Source of the DNA: a virus
Lineage: Duplodnaviria; Caudoviricetes
Reading direction: 5' to 3' (one strand)
Length of the DNA stretch: 64,000 bases
Virus record (IMG/VR): IMGVR_UViG_3300044740_000023
Location: 1-64,000 of that record
Shown: positions 25,591 to 35,359 of the stretch, piece after piece
How positions within the stretch are numbered: the first letter of the stretch is position 1
How the letters are laid out: each line of letters begins with the position of its first letter
Position numbers and translations under genes: made by a program
The notes under the pieces: generated by a model
The model's input: only the letters and a program-made list of their open reading frames with translations
What the model was told of the DNA's origin: nothing
Databases searched by the model: none

Positions 25591-25823
25591 AGAGGCTACG
25601 CGAGCAGTTTCGCGCCGACGAGGACGCGCTTGAGAGCGCGGTCGCGATGGTCACGAATGACCTAAACGCCGTCATCAGCGACGACGACGTGCAGGGCACC
25701 TACGAGTCGCTGGAGAGCCTCACCAAGTCACTCAGCACGCTCGACGACAACGTGACGCAGTTCATGGAGAACGCGGAGCGCGCGCTGGAGGAGGCCGAAG
25801 CGAAGGCGGACGCGCGGACATGA
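25587..25823 (+). CDS. hypothetical protein
   Basis: ATGA overlaps. Confidence 0.6.
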   Translation: MKRLREQFRADEDALESAVAMVTNDLNAVISDDDVQGTYESLESLTKSLSTLDDNVTQFMENAERALEEAEAKADART

Positions 25824-26197
25824 AGCTCAACATGAAGGCCACGTTCACCGTCGAGGTGCCCGACGAGGCGCAGAGCGCGCAGGTGCTCGAAGCCGTGCGC
25901 GACACGCTCACCGGCTTGCCGTTCACGACGATACGCAAGTCGGTCGGCGCGCGAAGCCACGACCTGAGCGACTCGTCGGTGATCCACGTTGGATTCGTAC
26001 AGATAGGAACGACATGAGCCGCACGAGGATTCACAACAGCATCGCCAACGGCACCGCGCGCTACGCGGTGATCCGCGAGAGCGACGGCACCTATTCCGTC
26101 GTTGACAAGCAGAAGGACGGCGGGCCGGATCGCTACTGCTTTCGCGGCTCACGCACGAGCGCATGGCGTGAAGCCGCACAACTGGAGGAGGAACACC

Positions 26198-26830
26198 GTG
26201 AAGCGACGCGGACTGTTTGACGAACTCGGCGCGGTACTCGGCACACCGCAGGACCGCCAGAAGGACGTGCTCACGAAAGCACTTGAGTTGCGCCGTCAGG
26301 CGTGGTTCGAGGCGCACGGCGACCGCTTCTACTACCGAGGCGGCGCGGACCTGCTGCTCCAGCACGGACGCTTCTACAGCGGTCGCGAGTGCCCCGACAA
26401 GTACGCGCATCTGAAAGGCGAGCCGTCGATGTGCTTCTACAACGCGCTGGCCGCGTGTGAAGCGTGCCCGGAGCTTCGCTACTGCGAGGGCGTATACGCC
26501 ATCGGTCAGGGTCACTACACGCCGCATGCGTGGTGCCTCGACCCGGACGGCGAGCTTGTCGAGGTCACGTTGCCGACCGATGCGCAGAGCATCGCGATGG
26601 GCCTCGAATACACGACCGGACAGCGCGTCCTCAAACTCGACTTTTGGGGCTATTGGGGCGCGGTGTTCAACACGGAGTACGTGCAGGCGGTGAAGAACTT
26701 TCAGGACGACTGCCTGCCGGTGCTGGACCGCCCGACTCAGGACGGGTGGGAGGAGAACTGCGCCGAGTGGCGCGAGGACTGGCACGTCTTGCGCGTGCCC
26801 TACGACGAGAACAGGAGGACGATGGAATGA
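26198..26830 (+). CDS. papain/transglutaminase-like fold protein
   Basis: CFYNA...YCEG...HAW.LD putative Cys-His-Asp triad. Confidence 0.55.
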   Translation: MKRRGLFDELGAVLGTPQDRQKDVLTKALELRRQAWFEAHGDRFYYRGGADLLLQHGRFYSGRECPDKYAHLKGEPSMCFYNALAACEACPELRYCEGVYAIGQGHYTPHAWCLDPDGELVEVTLPTDAQSIAMGLEYTTGQRVLKLDFWGYWGAVFNTEYVQAVKNFQDDCLPVLDRPTQDGWEENCAEWREDWHVLRVPYDENRRTME

Positions 26831-27044
26831 TGGCGCGACTGCGCGGGCGCGCGTCACCGTGGCCGAACGGCGTCACCGTCGCGCAGCTACGCGAGTACCA
26901 AGGGCGCGTGCGCGCGATGGACGAGGCGGGCTTGGCCGACGAGCTTGAGCGCGTCGGTGCGCTGGACCCTGCGCTGCGCCATTGTCTGATCGGCGTGGTG
27001 CAGGAGCGGCTCATGCTGCTCGCGCGCGTGCGGGAGGTTCTGAC

Positions 27045-27377
27045 GTGAGGGTGCCAACGCCTGCCGTACCTAAGTGCGATTTTTGTTCGTCACGCCCGGT
27101 GACGTGGGACTTCCCATGCCGCGACTTCAGTATGTCCGTGAGCGAGCCGCTGACCGGCACGTTCAACAGCCACGAAGGATGGGCCGCGTGCGCGGCGTGC
27201 GCGGCGCTCGTCAGGAAGGGCGACAGAGAGGCGCTGGCCCGCAGATCGGTGAAGAGGTATCGCAAGCTCTACCCGCACGCGATCCCGCTGACGCTGCGCG
27301 AGGTCCGGCGTCTGCACGACACATTCTGGTCAAACCGCGAAGGAGAGGGGAAACCGTGGGACGGGACGCCCGGATGA
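27045..27377 (+). CDS. hypothetical Zn-binding protein
   Basis: CDFCS...WAAC..C. Confidence 0.65.
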   Translation: MRVPTPAVPKCDFCSSRPVTWDFPCRDFSMSVSEPLTGTFNSHEGWAACAACAALVRKGDREALARRSVKRYRKLYPHAIPLTLREVRRLHDTFWSNREGEGKPWDGTPG

Positions 27378-27715
27378 AGCGCGAGCCATGCCCGACGTGC
27401 CCGTGGCGCGTGGACAAGCACGCCGACACGATCCCCGGCTTCAGCCTGGAGATGGCCGAGAACCTCGTCACGACCTGCTCGGGCGAGTTGGGCGCGCCGA
27501 TGTTCGCGTGCCACCAGAGCAAGCCCGACAAAGAGATCGTCTGTCTCGGCTGGCTCGTCAACTACGGATGGGACTCGCTGACCGTGCGCCTCAACCTCGC
27601 AGCGGAAAAGCTGACGCCCGAGGACTTGGAGCGCGGCGAGGACTGGCCCGAGTTGCACGACACGTTCGAGGAAGTGATCGAGAAGCTCAGAGAGGACATG
27701 GATGCCACAACTTGA
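27374..27715 (+). CDS. DUF6283-like protein
   Basis: PC.TCPWR.D, FACH, C.GWL. Confidence 0.65.
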   Translation: MKREPCPTCPWRVDKHADTIPGFSLEMAENLVTTCSGELGAPMFACHQSKPDKEIVCLGWLVNYGWDSLTVRLNLAAEKLTPEDLERGEDWPELHDTFEEVIEKLREDMDATT

Positions 27716-28163
27716 ATCAGGGCAACAGCCCGAGGAGGGGGTCCGTGCAGATTTTTCCTCAGAGGCTCCGACCCGCGAGGGCGATGAAACCCTGGCGGCG
27801 GTGGACCGGCTTGAGGAGCTTGCAGAGAGCGCCGTCGCGAAGGTGCGCAGCGGCGAGACCAACAAACGCCGAGGCTTCACGATCACGAAGTTCGGCAAGC
27901 ACCCGGACGGCTACTACCACGCGCGCGTCACACCGAGCGGCGGGGCGACCGTCTATGTGTTCTGCAAGTACGGCTCGTGGATGGCACCCGGCTCGATCAA
28001 GGGCAAAGCGGTGCTGAAGGAGGTTGTCCACAAAGAAGTGCTGGAAGAGCTTGCGCGCATGGCGCGGGCCGCACGTAGAAAGGAGGGGAGATCGAATGGA
28101 GACACCGATACAGGTGAAGGGTCCGACGAAGGACCTGATGCTGACGGTGAGGATGCTCGTTGA
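27702..28163 (+). CDS. hypothetical protein
   Basis: 153-aa ORF with SD GAGGA. Confidence 0.55.
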   Translation: MPQLESGQQPEEGVRADFSSEAPTREGDETLAAVDRLEELAESAVAKVRSGETNKRRGFTITKFGKHPDGYYHARVTPSGGATVYVFCKYGSWMAPGSIKGKAVLKEVVHKEVLEELARMARAARRKEGRSNGDTDTGEGSDEGPDADGEDAR

Positions 28164-28290
28164 CTTGTACGGCGAGGAGGAATGCGAAGGCGCGCTCGAA
28201 CGAGTGGCCGGACTCAAGCCAGAGCAAGTGCGCGCGGCGATGCAGCAGTACCACGCGAGCGACAACTAACCCTCCACCAGTACATGACCG

Positions 28291-28307
28291 TGTGGTACGA
28301 TGCCACA
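28291..28307 (+). promoter_or_regulatory. extended -10 promoter overlapped by inverted repeat
   Basis: TG-G-TACGAT within TGTGG-N7-CCACA. Confidence 0.55.
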
Positions 28308-28328
28308 CATGAACACGGAAGGAGCCAC

Positions 28329-28760
28329 ATGGCTAAGAAACCGATGACGGAGCGCCAGAAGGAGATCAAGCGTCTACTCGACGGCGGCGCGGAGGTAGGC
28401 GAGATCGCTGAGCTTCTGCACACCAGCGCGCAGGCCATTCACAACCAGATGTCACGCATGCGCGCGGCGGGGTATCTCCCGAAGGCCAAACGCGGAGGTC
28501 GGCGCGTCGCGGCGAGCGCGAGCGCGAGCGCGCCGACGCGCGATGTCGCCATTCCGCCGCCCGAGGTCGCAGCGCGGGCCGCGAGCAACGGCAGCCGCAC
28601 GGTCGAGGAGCACTTGGCGACCGAGCTAAACGGCGTCATCACGCGGCTCGACGAGATCAGCAACGAGACAGCAGCACTCGCGGAGGAGGACGGGCGACTT
28701 CAGTCGCGGCGCGAGCGGCTGGAGGCCGCAACGAAAGCGCTGGCGGGCACCGCAGCGTAG
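28329..28760 (+). CDS. HTH DNA-binding protein with coiled coil
   Basis: MTERQKEI..LL..G....EIAELL.TS.QAI.NQM..MR; SD GGAAGGAG. Confidence 0.75.
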   Translation: MAKKPMTERQKEIKRLLDGGAEVGEIAELLHTSAQAIHNQMSRMRAAGYLPKAKRGGRRVAASASASAPTRDVAIPPPEVAARAASNGSRTVEEHLATELNGVITRLDEISNETAALAEEDGRLQSRRERLEAATKALAGTAA

Positions 28761-28769
28761 AGGACGACT

Positions 28770-28805
28770 CGTGTGCGGGGCGTGACCAAGAGCGCCCCGC
28801 ACACG
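28770..28805. terminator. 13-bp hairpin directly upstream of recombinase RBS
   Basis: CGTGTGCGGGGCG / CGCCCCGCACACG. Confidence 0.5.
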
Positions 28806-28817
28806 CGAAAGGATGGC

Positions 28818-29822
28818 ATGGACAACGGCAGCCTAATGGCGCGTTTCGAGCAAGAGCACATCGACCGACACAGCATCAGCAGTCAGCGGCGTCGCGTGAC
28901 GCTGCAAACCCTCAAAGGACTGGCCGAGCGACTGGAAGGTCGCACGCTCGCAGAGCTAACGCCGTCCGACATCATGGCTTGGCAGGCCGCAGAGTTGAAG
29001 CGCGGTCTCGCACCCAACACGCTGCGCAACCGCGAAAGCATGGTGCGCGCGTTCCTGACTTGGGCACTCCAGGCTGGCGTCATCACGTTCGAGCAGTCAG
29101 CACGACTCAAGTCGGTTCAACCGGCGCGGGGAACGCGCGTCAAAAAACCGCCGAAGCCCTACAAGCGCACCGAGGTCATTCGCCTGCGCGAGCAGATCGC
29201 GGAGAAGTACCCGGTCGCGCCCGTGAGGGGCCGTGGCTCGCTCGTCGTGCGCCGCTGGCTGGAAGGGCGCGCGAAGTACAGCGCCGTCGTGAAGCGTCAC
29301 GCGCGGCGGCTCCAGCTTGAGGCGCAGGTATCGCTCGCGCTGGAGGAGGGGCTGCGCTTGCACGAGATACACCACCTGACGCTCGACGGGCTGTCGCCCG
29401 AGAACGCGGCTGTAGTTGTGCAGACGGCGAAGCAGAAGCCCGGCGAGGTCCGGTATCGGGAAGTGCCGTGGACTGCCCACTCGCGCGCGCGCGTGAAAGA
29501 GTGGCTGGAGTTCCGGCGTCAGCTACCCGTCAAGCACGCCTCGCCGTGGCTCGCGCTCACGTCGGCAGACCCGCTCGCACCGCAGAGCTATGAATGGCTG
29601 CGCAAGTGCTTGCGTCCGTATTGCTGGCACCGGCTGCGTCACACCTTCGCTACGGAGCGCCTGCGCGCGGGCATGACGCTGGAGAAGGTGCAGGTGATGA
29701 TGGGCCACGCACACCTTGAGCAGACGCTCGCCTACACGGAGATCGTCGGCTCCGATGTCACAACTCAAGCTGAGCGGTCAGAGAGCGAGTTCGCTCGCCT
29801 GATCGGACTGGAGGCAGCATGA
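28818..29822 (+). CDS. tyrosine recombinase/integrase
   Basis: GLRLHE (R), AKQK (K), HRLRH, MGH, TLAY catalytic set; N-terminal SAM-like domain. Confidence 0.9.
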   Translation: MDNGSLMARFEQEHIDRHSISSQRRRVTLQTLKGLAERLEGRTLAELTPSDIMAWQAAELKRGLAPNTLRNRESMVRAFLTWALQAGVITFEQSARLKSVQPARGTRVKKPPKPYKRTEVIRLREQIAEKYPVAPVRGRGSLVVRRWLEGRAKYSAVVKRHARRLQLEAQVSLALEEGLRLHEIHHLTLDGLSPENAAVVVQTAKQKPGEVRYREVPWTAHSRARVKEWLEFRRQLPVKHASPWLALTSADPLAPQSYEWLRKCLRPYCWHRLRHTFATERLRAGMTLEKVQVMMGHAHLEQTLAYTEIVGSDVTTQAERSESEFARLIGLEAA

Positions 29823-30090
29823 ACACCGAGATGAAGGCACCGCCGTCGTGTCCGACGTGCGGGAAGGGGATGCACTACCACGGCGGCACCATCGGTTTCG
29901 TGTGCTGCGAGTGGAAGCTGCTCTATCGAGCGGGCGGTTGGTTCGACGCCAACGGCAAGCCCTTGTCCGACCGACGCCTGAAGGCGTGACGCAAGTCGCG
30001 CGGTGCCGGTGCAGTACATGTCAGAAACACCTACCCACAACCCGACTAGGGGAGAGCAATGAAGCATCGTGAGCGAAAGGATGCCGCGAA

Positions 30091-31136
30091 ATGAAGGCAG
30101 CAGATGTAAGAGAGGCGATCAAGCACAAGACCGCCGTCGCAATCGGTCGCGGCTTCGTCCGTGGCGAAGTGCCGACTACCTTGCGACAGGCCATCGTGCT
30201 GAAGATCGACGGGCGCAAAGCGCGAGTCCGCTACGTGGACAACGGCACGCTTGGCAACGTCAACATTCGGGACATCTACAACGTCTGGCAGGAGTCCTAC
30301 AAGACCCGCGCGCCGGTACAGCCGAAGCCCGAAGGTCCGCAGGAGACTGAGGTCCGAAAGATTCCGCTTGGCGACATCTTTATCCCGTACTCGGATGAGT
30401 TGTTCGGCGGGAAACTCGGCTACCAGCGCAAGCGCACCGAAGAGGAAGCGATGAAGCTGGCGCTGAACCCGGACGTACACCGTTGGGAGTTCCCGCACGT
30501 CAGCGACCGCACAACTACAGATGAGCCGTTGGGTCCGAATGGTGAGCGGTACGCGCTGCTCGACGGCGTGGCGCGCTACCACGCGCATGAGCTTCTTCTG
30601 CGCAAGGTGATGCGCTGCGAGGTTCACATCGGGCTGAGCCACGAGGCCGAGGCGAAGCTCTGCCACGATCTCTGGCGTGGGCGCAAACCGCACTCGTCGG
30701 GGCAGTCGTTTCAGGAGATGCTCGTCGCGGGCGATGCGATGCACGTCGCCATCGACAAGATTCTCAAAGGCGGCGGCTACCGGATCGGCGGCACGCGAAA
30801 AAGTCACTCGGCTGTCCGCAGGCGGTCATCCGCGTGTACCTGCTCGATGAAAGCGGCGAGCACCTGCAAGCCGCACTCTGGCTGGCCGAACCGCTCGTCG
30901 AGGAGCGCAAACTGAAGGCTCCGATCTTGGAGGGACTTGCGTTGTTCCACAAAGAGTACGGGACTTCGGTCAACATGATGGCGTTCCGGCAGAAGCTCGC
31001 CAAAACGTCCGTCACGGTCCTCGAAAAAGCGATGAGCCGTGCTGTTAGCTCTGGCAGTCAGGCCGATGAAGTCCGTACCGAGTGCATCAAGATATGGAAC
31101 AAAGGCAAACGCGCCGAGGCGCGGCTCGCTGCGTAG
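30091..31136 (+). CDS. ParB/Srx-like protein split by a -1 frameshift near 30800
   Basis: YQR..., LLDG.AR motif; ORFs 30091..30915 and 30834..31136 overlap in -1 frame at CGA-AAA-AG. Confidence 0.6.
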
Positions 31137-31138
31137 GA

Positions 31139-32029
31139 ATGGGCCGTCACCGTCGTAACCGACAGAAGCTACGTCACAAGCTGGAGGATCGCATTGGCGA
31201 AGAACAGTTCGCGGACATCGTTCAGAGCGCAACTCAAGGCGAGTTGAAACACCCCGCGATGGTCGCCAACAGTCCGCAGCGCATACGGCGCATCGCGCGT
31301 GGGTGCGGGTATTCGCCCGCCGACGTTCGGCTCGCGTTCAAGGCACTCGCGTCGGCCTATCACGGCAAGGCGACGGGGTTCACCGAGCAGAGGTTCCGCG
31401 ACATGAAGCGGGAGTTCAGCGAGGAGGAGCGCGAAGAGTTCGCGCGGCGCAAGCGGCACGCCGAATGGGACAAGAGATGGCACGAGGACGAGGAGGGCAG
31501 GCACCACCGCGTCGAGGAACGACTGGCAGTCGCGCTCGCCAAGGAGGGGCCGTTCAACGATCTCGTCAACGAAGCGCTCGCGCTCGACATGGAGGACGAG
31601 GAGCGCATCGAATACCTGTACGAGCTACTGGAGGAGGATGGGCGCGAGAACATGGCGGTCGGCGTCCTCTACTTCGGCTACGGCCCGGAGTTTGAGGCGG
31701 CGCAGGAGCGTGAGCTTACCTTCGAGGAGGCGTGCGAGATGATCGACACGTTCGACGCGGAGGCAAAGGCCGACATGATCCAATGGGGCATCATCGTTTG
31801 CCTCAACCGTGAACGTGGCAAAAAAGCCATCCAGCAGCGGCGCGAAGAAGGTCAGGAGGACCCCGACATCGTTGGTCGCCATCTCATGCGCATGCGCAAC
31901 GGAAAGCCCGAGCGCGGCGAGGTCATCGCGCAGACGGCAACCGAGATTCTCGTCAAGTTCGAGGGCGCGGAGGAGGCCGAGCTATTCACCGCTGACAGCG
32001 TGATCGCAGAGATAGGAGCGAGAGATTGA
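31139..32029 (+). CDS. hypothetical acidic protein
   Basis: 296-aa ORF, phage-like codon usage. Confidence 0.65.
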   Translation: MGRHRRNRQKLRHKLEDRIGEEQFADIVQSATQGELKHPAMVANSPQRIRRIARGCGYSPADVRLAFKALASAYHGKATGFTEQRFRDMKREFSEEEREEFARRKRHAEWDKRWHEDEEGRHHRVEERLAVALAKEGPFNDLVNEALALDMEDEERIEYLYELLEEDGRENMAVGVLYFGYGPEFEAAQERELTFEEACEMIDTFDAEAKADMIQWGIIVCLNRERGKKAIQQRREEGQEDPDIVGRHLMRMRNGKPERGEVIAQTATEILVKFEGAEEAELFTADSVIAEIGARD

Positions 32030-32352
32030 AGTCCTGGCAACGACTACAGAAAGGCGTGTTCAACCCGGTCGAGCAAGAGCGTGCGCGGCAACTGACCGCG
32101 AGCATCGGCGCAGAGTGGGTGCCCGACGACGAGGTATGGCTCAACGACGAGTCGCGACTTGTCGATCAGGCAGACCAGACGCACTTGTGGTGCATGCCCG
32201 AGGGCATGACGCTGGAGATCGGCTTCCCCGACCGTGATGTCCGCACGAACGAGGAACGTCTTGCGGCGCTGCGCGCGACCGATCCTGCGCTCGTCGCCAA
32301 AGGTTCACAACGCGACTGGAGACCCGGCATCCCGACCGGACCACATGCCTAG
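32026..32352 (+). CDS. hypothetical protein
   Basis: ESRLVD.A.Q.HLWC.P motif. Confidence 0.6.
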   Translation: MKSWQRLQKGVFNPVEQERARQLTASIGAEWVPDDEVWLNDESRLVDQADQTHLWCMPEGMTLEIGFPDRDVRTNEERLAALRATDPALVAKGSQRDWRPGIPTGPHA

Positions 32353-32604
32353 AAAACGATCAGTACGAGAACGAGCGGAACGGCGCGCGGCTGCCTACGA
32401 GATTCCTTACGAGGAGGCCGAGGCGTTCGAGCGCCGTGCCGCTGCGCGCAAAGCGGCGCAGGACAGGCTGGAGAAACAGAAGGCGCACATGGAGGCGCGC
32501 ATCCGCAAGCGCGAGCGCGAAGCCGAACGTGAGATTCTGTACCCGAAGGGCAAGTCCGTGCGCGCGATCCCTACCGCGTTTGAGCGCAACAGAAGGAGGC
32601 ACTA

Positions 32605-32862
32605 ATGTCCGCCGACGAATACGTGACAACGGAGCCAGAGCCAGCGACGGTGATCTTCCGCCGCGCGAACGGCATCCCCGAGTGGAAGTCGCTTACGCGG
32701 CGATTGCGACAGGAGCGGCGGGAGTTCGCCGGGGAGTTGGAGCAACTGGCCGAGCAGGGCGTGATCTGCCGGGGCCAGGGGTACGGGTCGTATCCGATTC
32801 CGGTGTTCTCGAAGGCTGCCAGTCCGCCAGCTTCTCACGGAGCTTCTTCACAGAAGCCGTGA
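32605..32862 (+). CDS. hypothetical protein, last of plus-strand operon
   Basis: SD AAGGAGG. Confidence 0.55.
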   Translation: MSADEYVTTEPEPATVIFRRANGIPEWKSLTRRLRQERREFAGELEQLAEQGVICRGQGYGSYPIPVFSKAASPPASHGASSQKP

Positions 32863-33352
32863 CTTGAGTCCGGCTGAGACCCATCAGTTCACCGATCTCC
32901 TGCTGATCGAAGCCCGCGACTAACAGCGCGGCGATCTCCTGCTCGCCCTGCGTGACCGTCGAAGGGAACGTGAAGCGGTCGAGCACGGCTGCGAACGTCT
33001 GGTCATCGCTCTCGGACAGGAAGGCGAGCATGAAGTGGTCCGTGGTGAAGTGCTCGCCGTCCGCGAACACCTGCCCGTAGGTCAGAGTCTCGATGTACCC
33101 GATGTGCCCGACGCGCGCGTAGCGCGTGGCAGCGTTGCGCTTGAGGTCCTTCACCAAGTTGGCGACGCACGAGTAGATGTACGCGCGTTCCGACATGCTT
33201 GACCGCGCCGGATCGAACACACGTTTGCTCTTGATGATCTTCAGCCGAAGCTCTTGCTGCATGTCCTCTGGCTCCAGCCCGACCATCGCCGCGAACATGT
33301 GGGAGGTCTTGAACACGAGACCTTCGTAGGCGGCGATCCCCAAGTCGTCCAT
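32693..33352 (-). CDS. sigma-70-like factor (regions 2 and 4)
   Basis: EDMQQELRLK..K....FDP.R; QEIGELMGLSRTQV...VKKLREKL. Confidence 0.75.
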   Translation of the reverse strand: MDDLGIAAYEGLVFKTSHMFAAMVGLEPEDMQQELRLKIIKSKRVFDPARSSMSERAYIYSCVANLVKDLKRNAATRYARVGHIGYIETLTYGQVFADGEHFTTDHFMLAFLSESDDQTFAAVLDRFTFPSTVTQGEQEIAALLVAGFDQQEIGELMGLSRTQVTASVKKLREKLADWQPSRTPESDTTRTPGPGRSRPARPVAPTPRRTPAAPVAIAA

Positions 33353-33375
33353 CTGCGCGGCAGGGTAGCACGACG

Positions 33376-33855
33376 CTACGACTGAAGTTGCGGCGCGGGC
33401 GTGAGTGCTGTCTGCGGAACGAAAAAGGCGGGCCGACCACCAGCAGGGTCTTTCCACCAGTCGGGGTTCTTTGCGCGTGCGCCGGATATGCAGCCGCAGA
33501 CCTCGTACTCGAAGTCGCCGTCGATGTGAACCAGCACGAACTTCCAGTCGTCGGGGTCCTCGGGATGCACGATGAGGTTGTGCCATGTCTGCGAGCGCGA
33601 GCGGACCTCAGTCGCCCGTCCGATGTCGGCGGGCTTCGGATGCAGCGAGCGGTAGTAGCACCCCGTCCACGGCAGGCGGTACACAATCGCCGCCGCAAGC
33701 TCGCCGCCCGCAGCCGCTATGTGCATCGCCTCGGGGTCCTGCTCGTCGTAGCCGTAGCGATCTGGCCGACCGTTCTCCAGCGCGCTCTTCTGCCGCGCGC
33801 GACCGACAGCTTCCGCGAGGGCTACCTCATGGGGTCTCAGAATCACCCTCGACAA
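33376..33855 (-). CDS. conserved phage hypothetical protein
   Basis: H..AA.GE.A.A, DIG...EVR (nuclease-like). Confidence 0.65.
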   Translation of the reverse strand: MSRVILRPHEVALAEAVGRARQKSALENGRPDRYGYDEQDPEAMHIAAAGGELAAAIVYRLPWTGCYYRSLHPKPADIGRATEVRSRSQTWHNLIVHPEDPDDWKFVLVHIDGDFEYEVCGCISGARAKNPDWWKDPAGGRPAFFVPQTALTPAPQLQS

Positions 33856-34117
33856 CGGGCGTCACCCACGTCCCAAGCTCCGATGACCACTCCGCGCCCT
33901 TCGGCCCGACTACGTTCAGGGCAACGGGCGGCGGCGGGTGCTGCCATACCTCCAGCAGAATCCTGCCGCCCTGCGCGAGCGACGCAAGCTCGCCCGCGTC
34001 TAGCTCCCACACCGAGCACACCGCGTCGTCCTCGGACACGTATGCGGGCAGAGGCTTGATGCCCTCCTCGACACTCGTGAACTCGATGACGGTCTCGTCA
34101 GTCTTGATCGGTTTCAC
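33827..34117 (-). CDS. hypothetical protein
   Basis: LPAY....CS.WEL...E...L..GG.I.L...Q..PPP. Confidence 0.6.
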   Translation of the reverse strand: MKPIKTDETVIEFTSVEEGIKPLPAYVSEDDAVCSVWELDAGELASLAQGGRILLEVWQHPPPPVALNVVGPKGAEWSSELGTWVTPVVEGDSETP

Positions 34118-34484
34118 CGCGCTGATCCTCCAGTCCAAGCGCGAACTCCAGTCGCGCCACTCGCGCCTCCAGGTCTTTGATGCGCTGCTCGCGCCCGCTG
34201 CCACCCTTGCGCGAGAGCGTGTAGCTGATCCCATGCTCGCCGCCGTCGTACTGCTCGACGTGCAGGTCAAGCTCCTCGCCCACCGGCAGTTCTTCAAACG
34301 ACCGCAGCTTTGCGTTGACCGGATCACCGTTCAGACGCTCAGCCTCGATGTCGTAGATCGTGTAGCTGTGGCCGTTCGGGTGTTTGCCCCGGTAGCCGAC
34401 ATAGCAGTCGGTTATGCGCAGCCTCGTTTCGTGACGAGGCCGCGCACCCCCTTTTTGATCTCCTGTTGCCACGACTGAAGTCAC
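34098..34484 (-). CDS. possible OB-fold/ssDNA-binding protein
   Basis: beta-rich 128 aa in replication cluster. Confidence 0.4.
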   Translation of the reverse strand: MTSVVATGDQKGGARPRHETRLRITDCYVGYRGKHPNGHSYTIYDIEAERLNGDPVNAKLRSFEELPVGEELDLHVEQYDGGEHGISYTLSRKGGSGREQRIKDLEARVARLEFALGLEDQRGETDQD

Positions 34485-34506
34485 GCCAAGGTTCTTTGAA
34501 GAACCC

Positions 34507-35349
34507 TCAGCGAATCTTCAACCGGACCTTCGGCTGGTTTTCGACCTCTGGCTCGATGTGGCGCAGACGGAAGTAGTTGGCCGCGACCGCAACGATGTCG
34601 CACCCGTCCTCCGGTTCACCGAGCGCGCGAAAGCCGACGCGGAGCGCCTCTTCCTGCCCGCGCACGACGCACATGCGCTGCTTCTTGGCACCTTTCGTGC
34701 CAGCGGCGACGATGCGGCCCTTGCTGTCCTCGTACCAATGAACCTCGCGCCAGAGACCATCCTCGCCGTCCGGCGTGAAGATCAGGTACGGGCGCTTGAT
34801 CGTTTCGCCCTTCTCGTTGCGCTGCTCGCCCGGCTCAGCAGCCTTGCCAGCGTCGCCCTCCGGGGCCGAAGATGAGCCAGCCTCCGCGCCGCTCTCCGAT
34901 GAAGTGGACTCGTGGCCCGCTCCCGTAGGGTCCTCAGCGCCAGCCGCCTCCCCACGCTCCTCGCTGGATGCCTCGCTTGCGTTTGCGGCGGTCGCCCCAT
35001 CCGCCGTCGCCGTAGGGTCGCCTTCGCCCTCGCCTTTCTCGCCGCCGTCAGTCGCAGTCGCACCAGGGGCAGGGGCGTCCTGTCCCGTGGGGGCATCCGA
35101 CTGCGGGGGGCCACCGTTCCCGGCCTCGGTAGGAGGGACTTGAGTCGCGCCATCGGCACCCTCGCCAGGCTCGACTCGCTCGCCCTCCTTGTTGACGATG
35201 GGCGGCTCGCCCTCGGCGGCGATGCCCGCTGCGTGCGCCTCCTCCTCAGCGAACGGGTCCTCGCCCTGCTCGAACTCCTCCTCGCTGCCCGCGAACGGGT
35301 CATCGACTGGCGACTCCACGCCACCACCGAACGGGTCTCCTGACTCCAT
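34507..35349 (-). CDS. acidic low-complexity protein
   Basis: 280 aa, Glu/Gly/Ala-rich with ordered C-terminus. Confidence 0.65.
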   Translation of the reverse strand: MESGDPFGGGVESPVDDPFAGSEEEFEQGEDPFAEEEAHAAGIAAEGEPPIVNKEGERVEPGEGADGATQVPPTEAGNGGPPQSDAPTGQDAPAPGATATDGGEKGEGEGDPTATADGATAANASEASSEERGEAAGAEDPTGAGHESTSSESGAEAGSSSAPEGDAGKAAEPGEQRNEKGETIKRPYLIFTPDGEDGLWREVHWYEDSKGRIVAAGTKGAKKQRMCVVRGQEEALRVGFRALGEPEDGCDIVAVAANYFRLRHIEPEVENQPKVRLKIR

Positions 35350-35359
35350 GATGCTCCTT

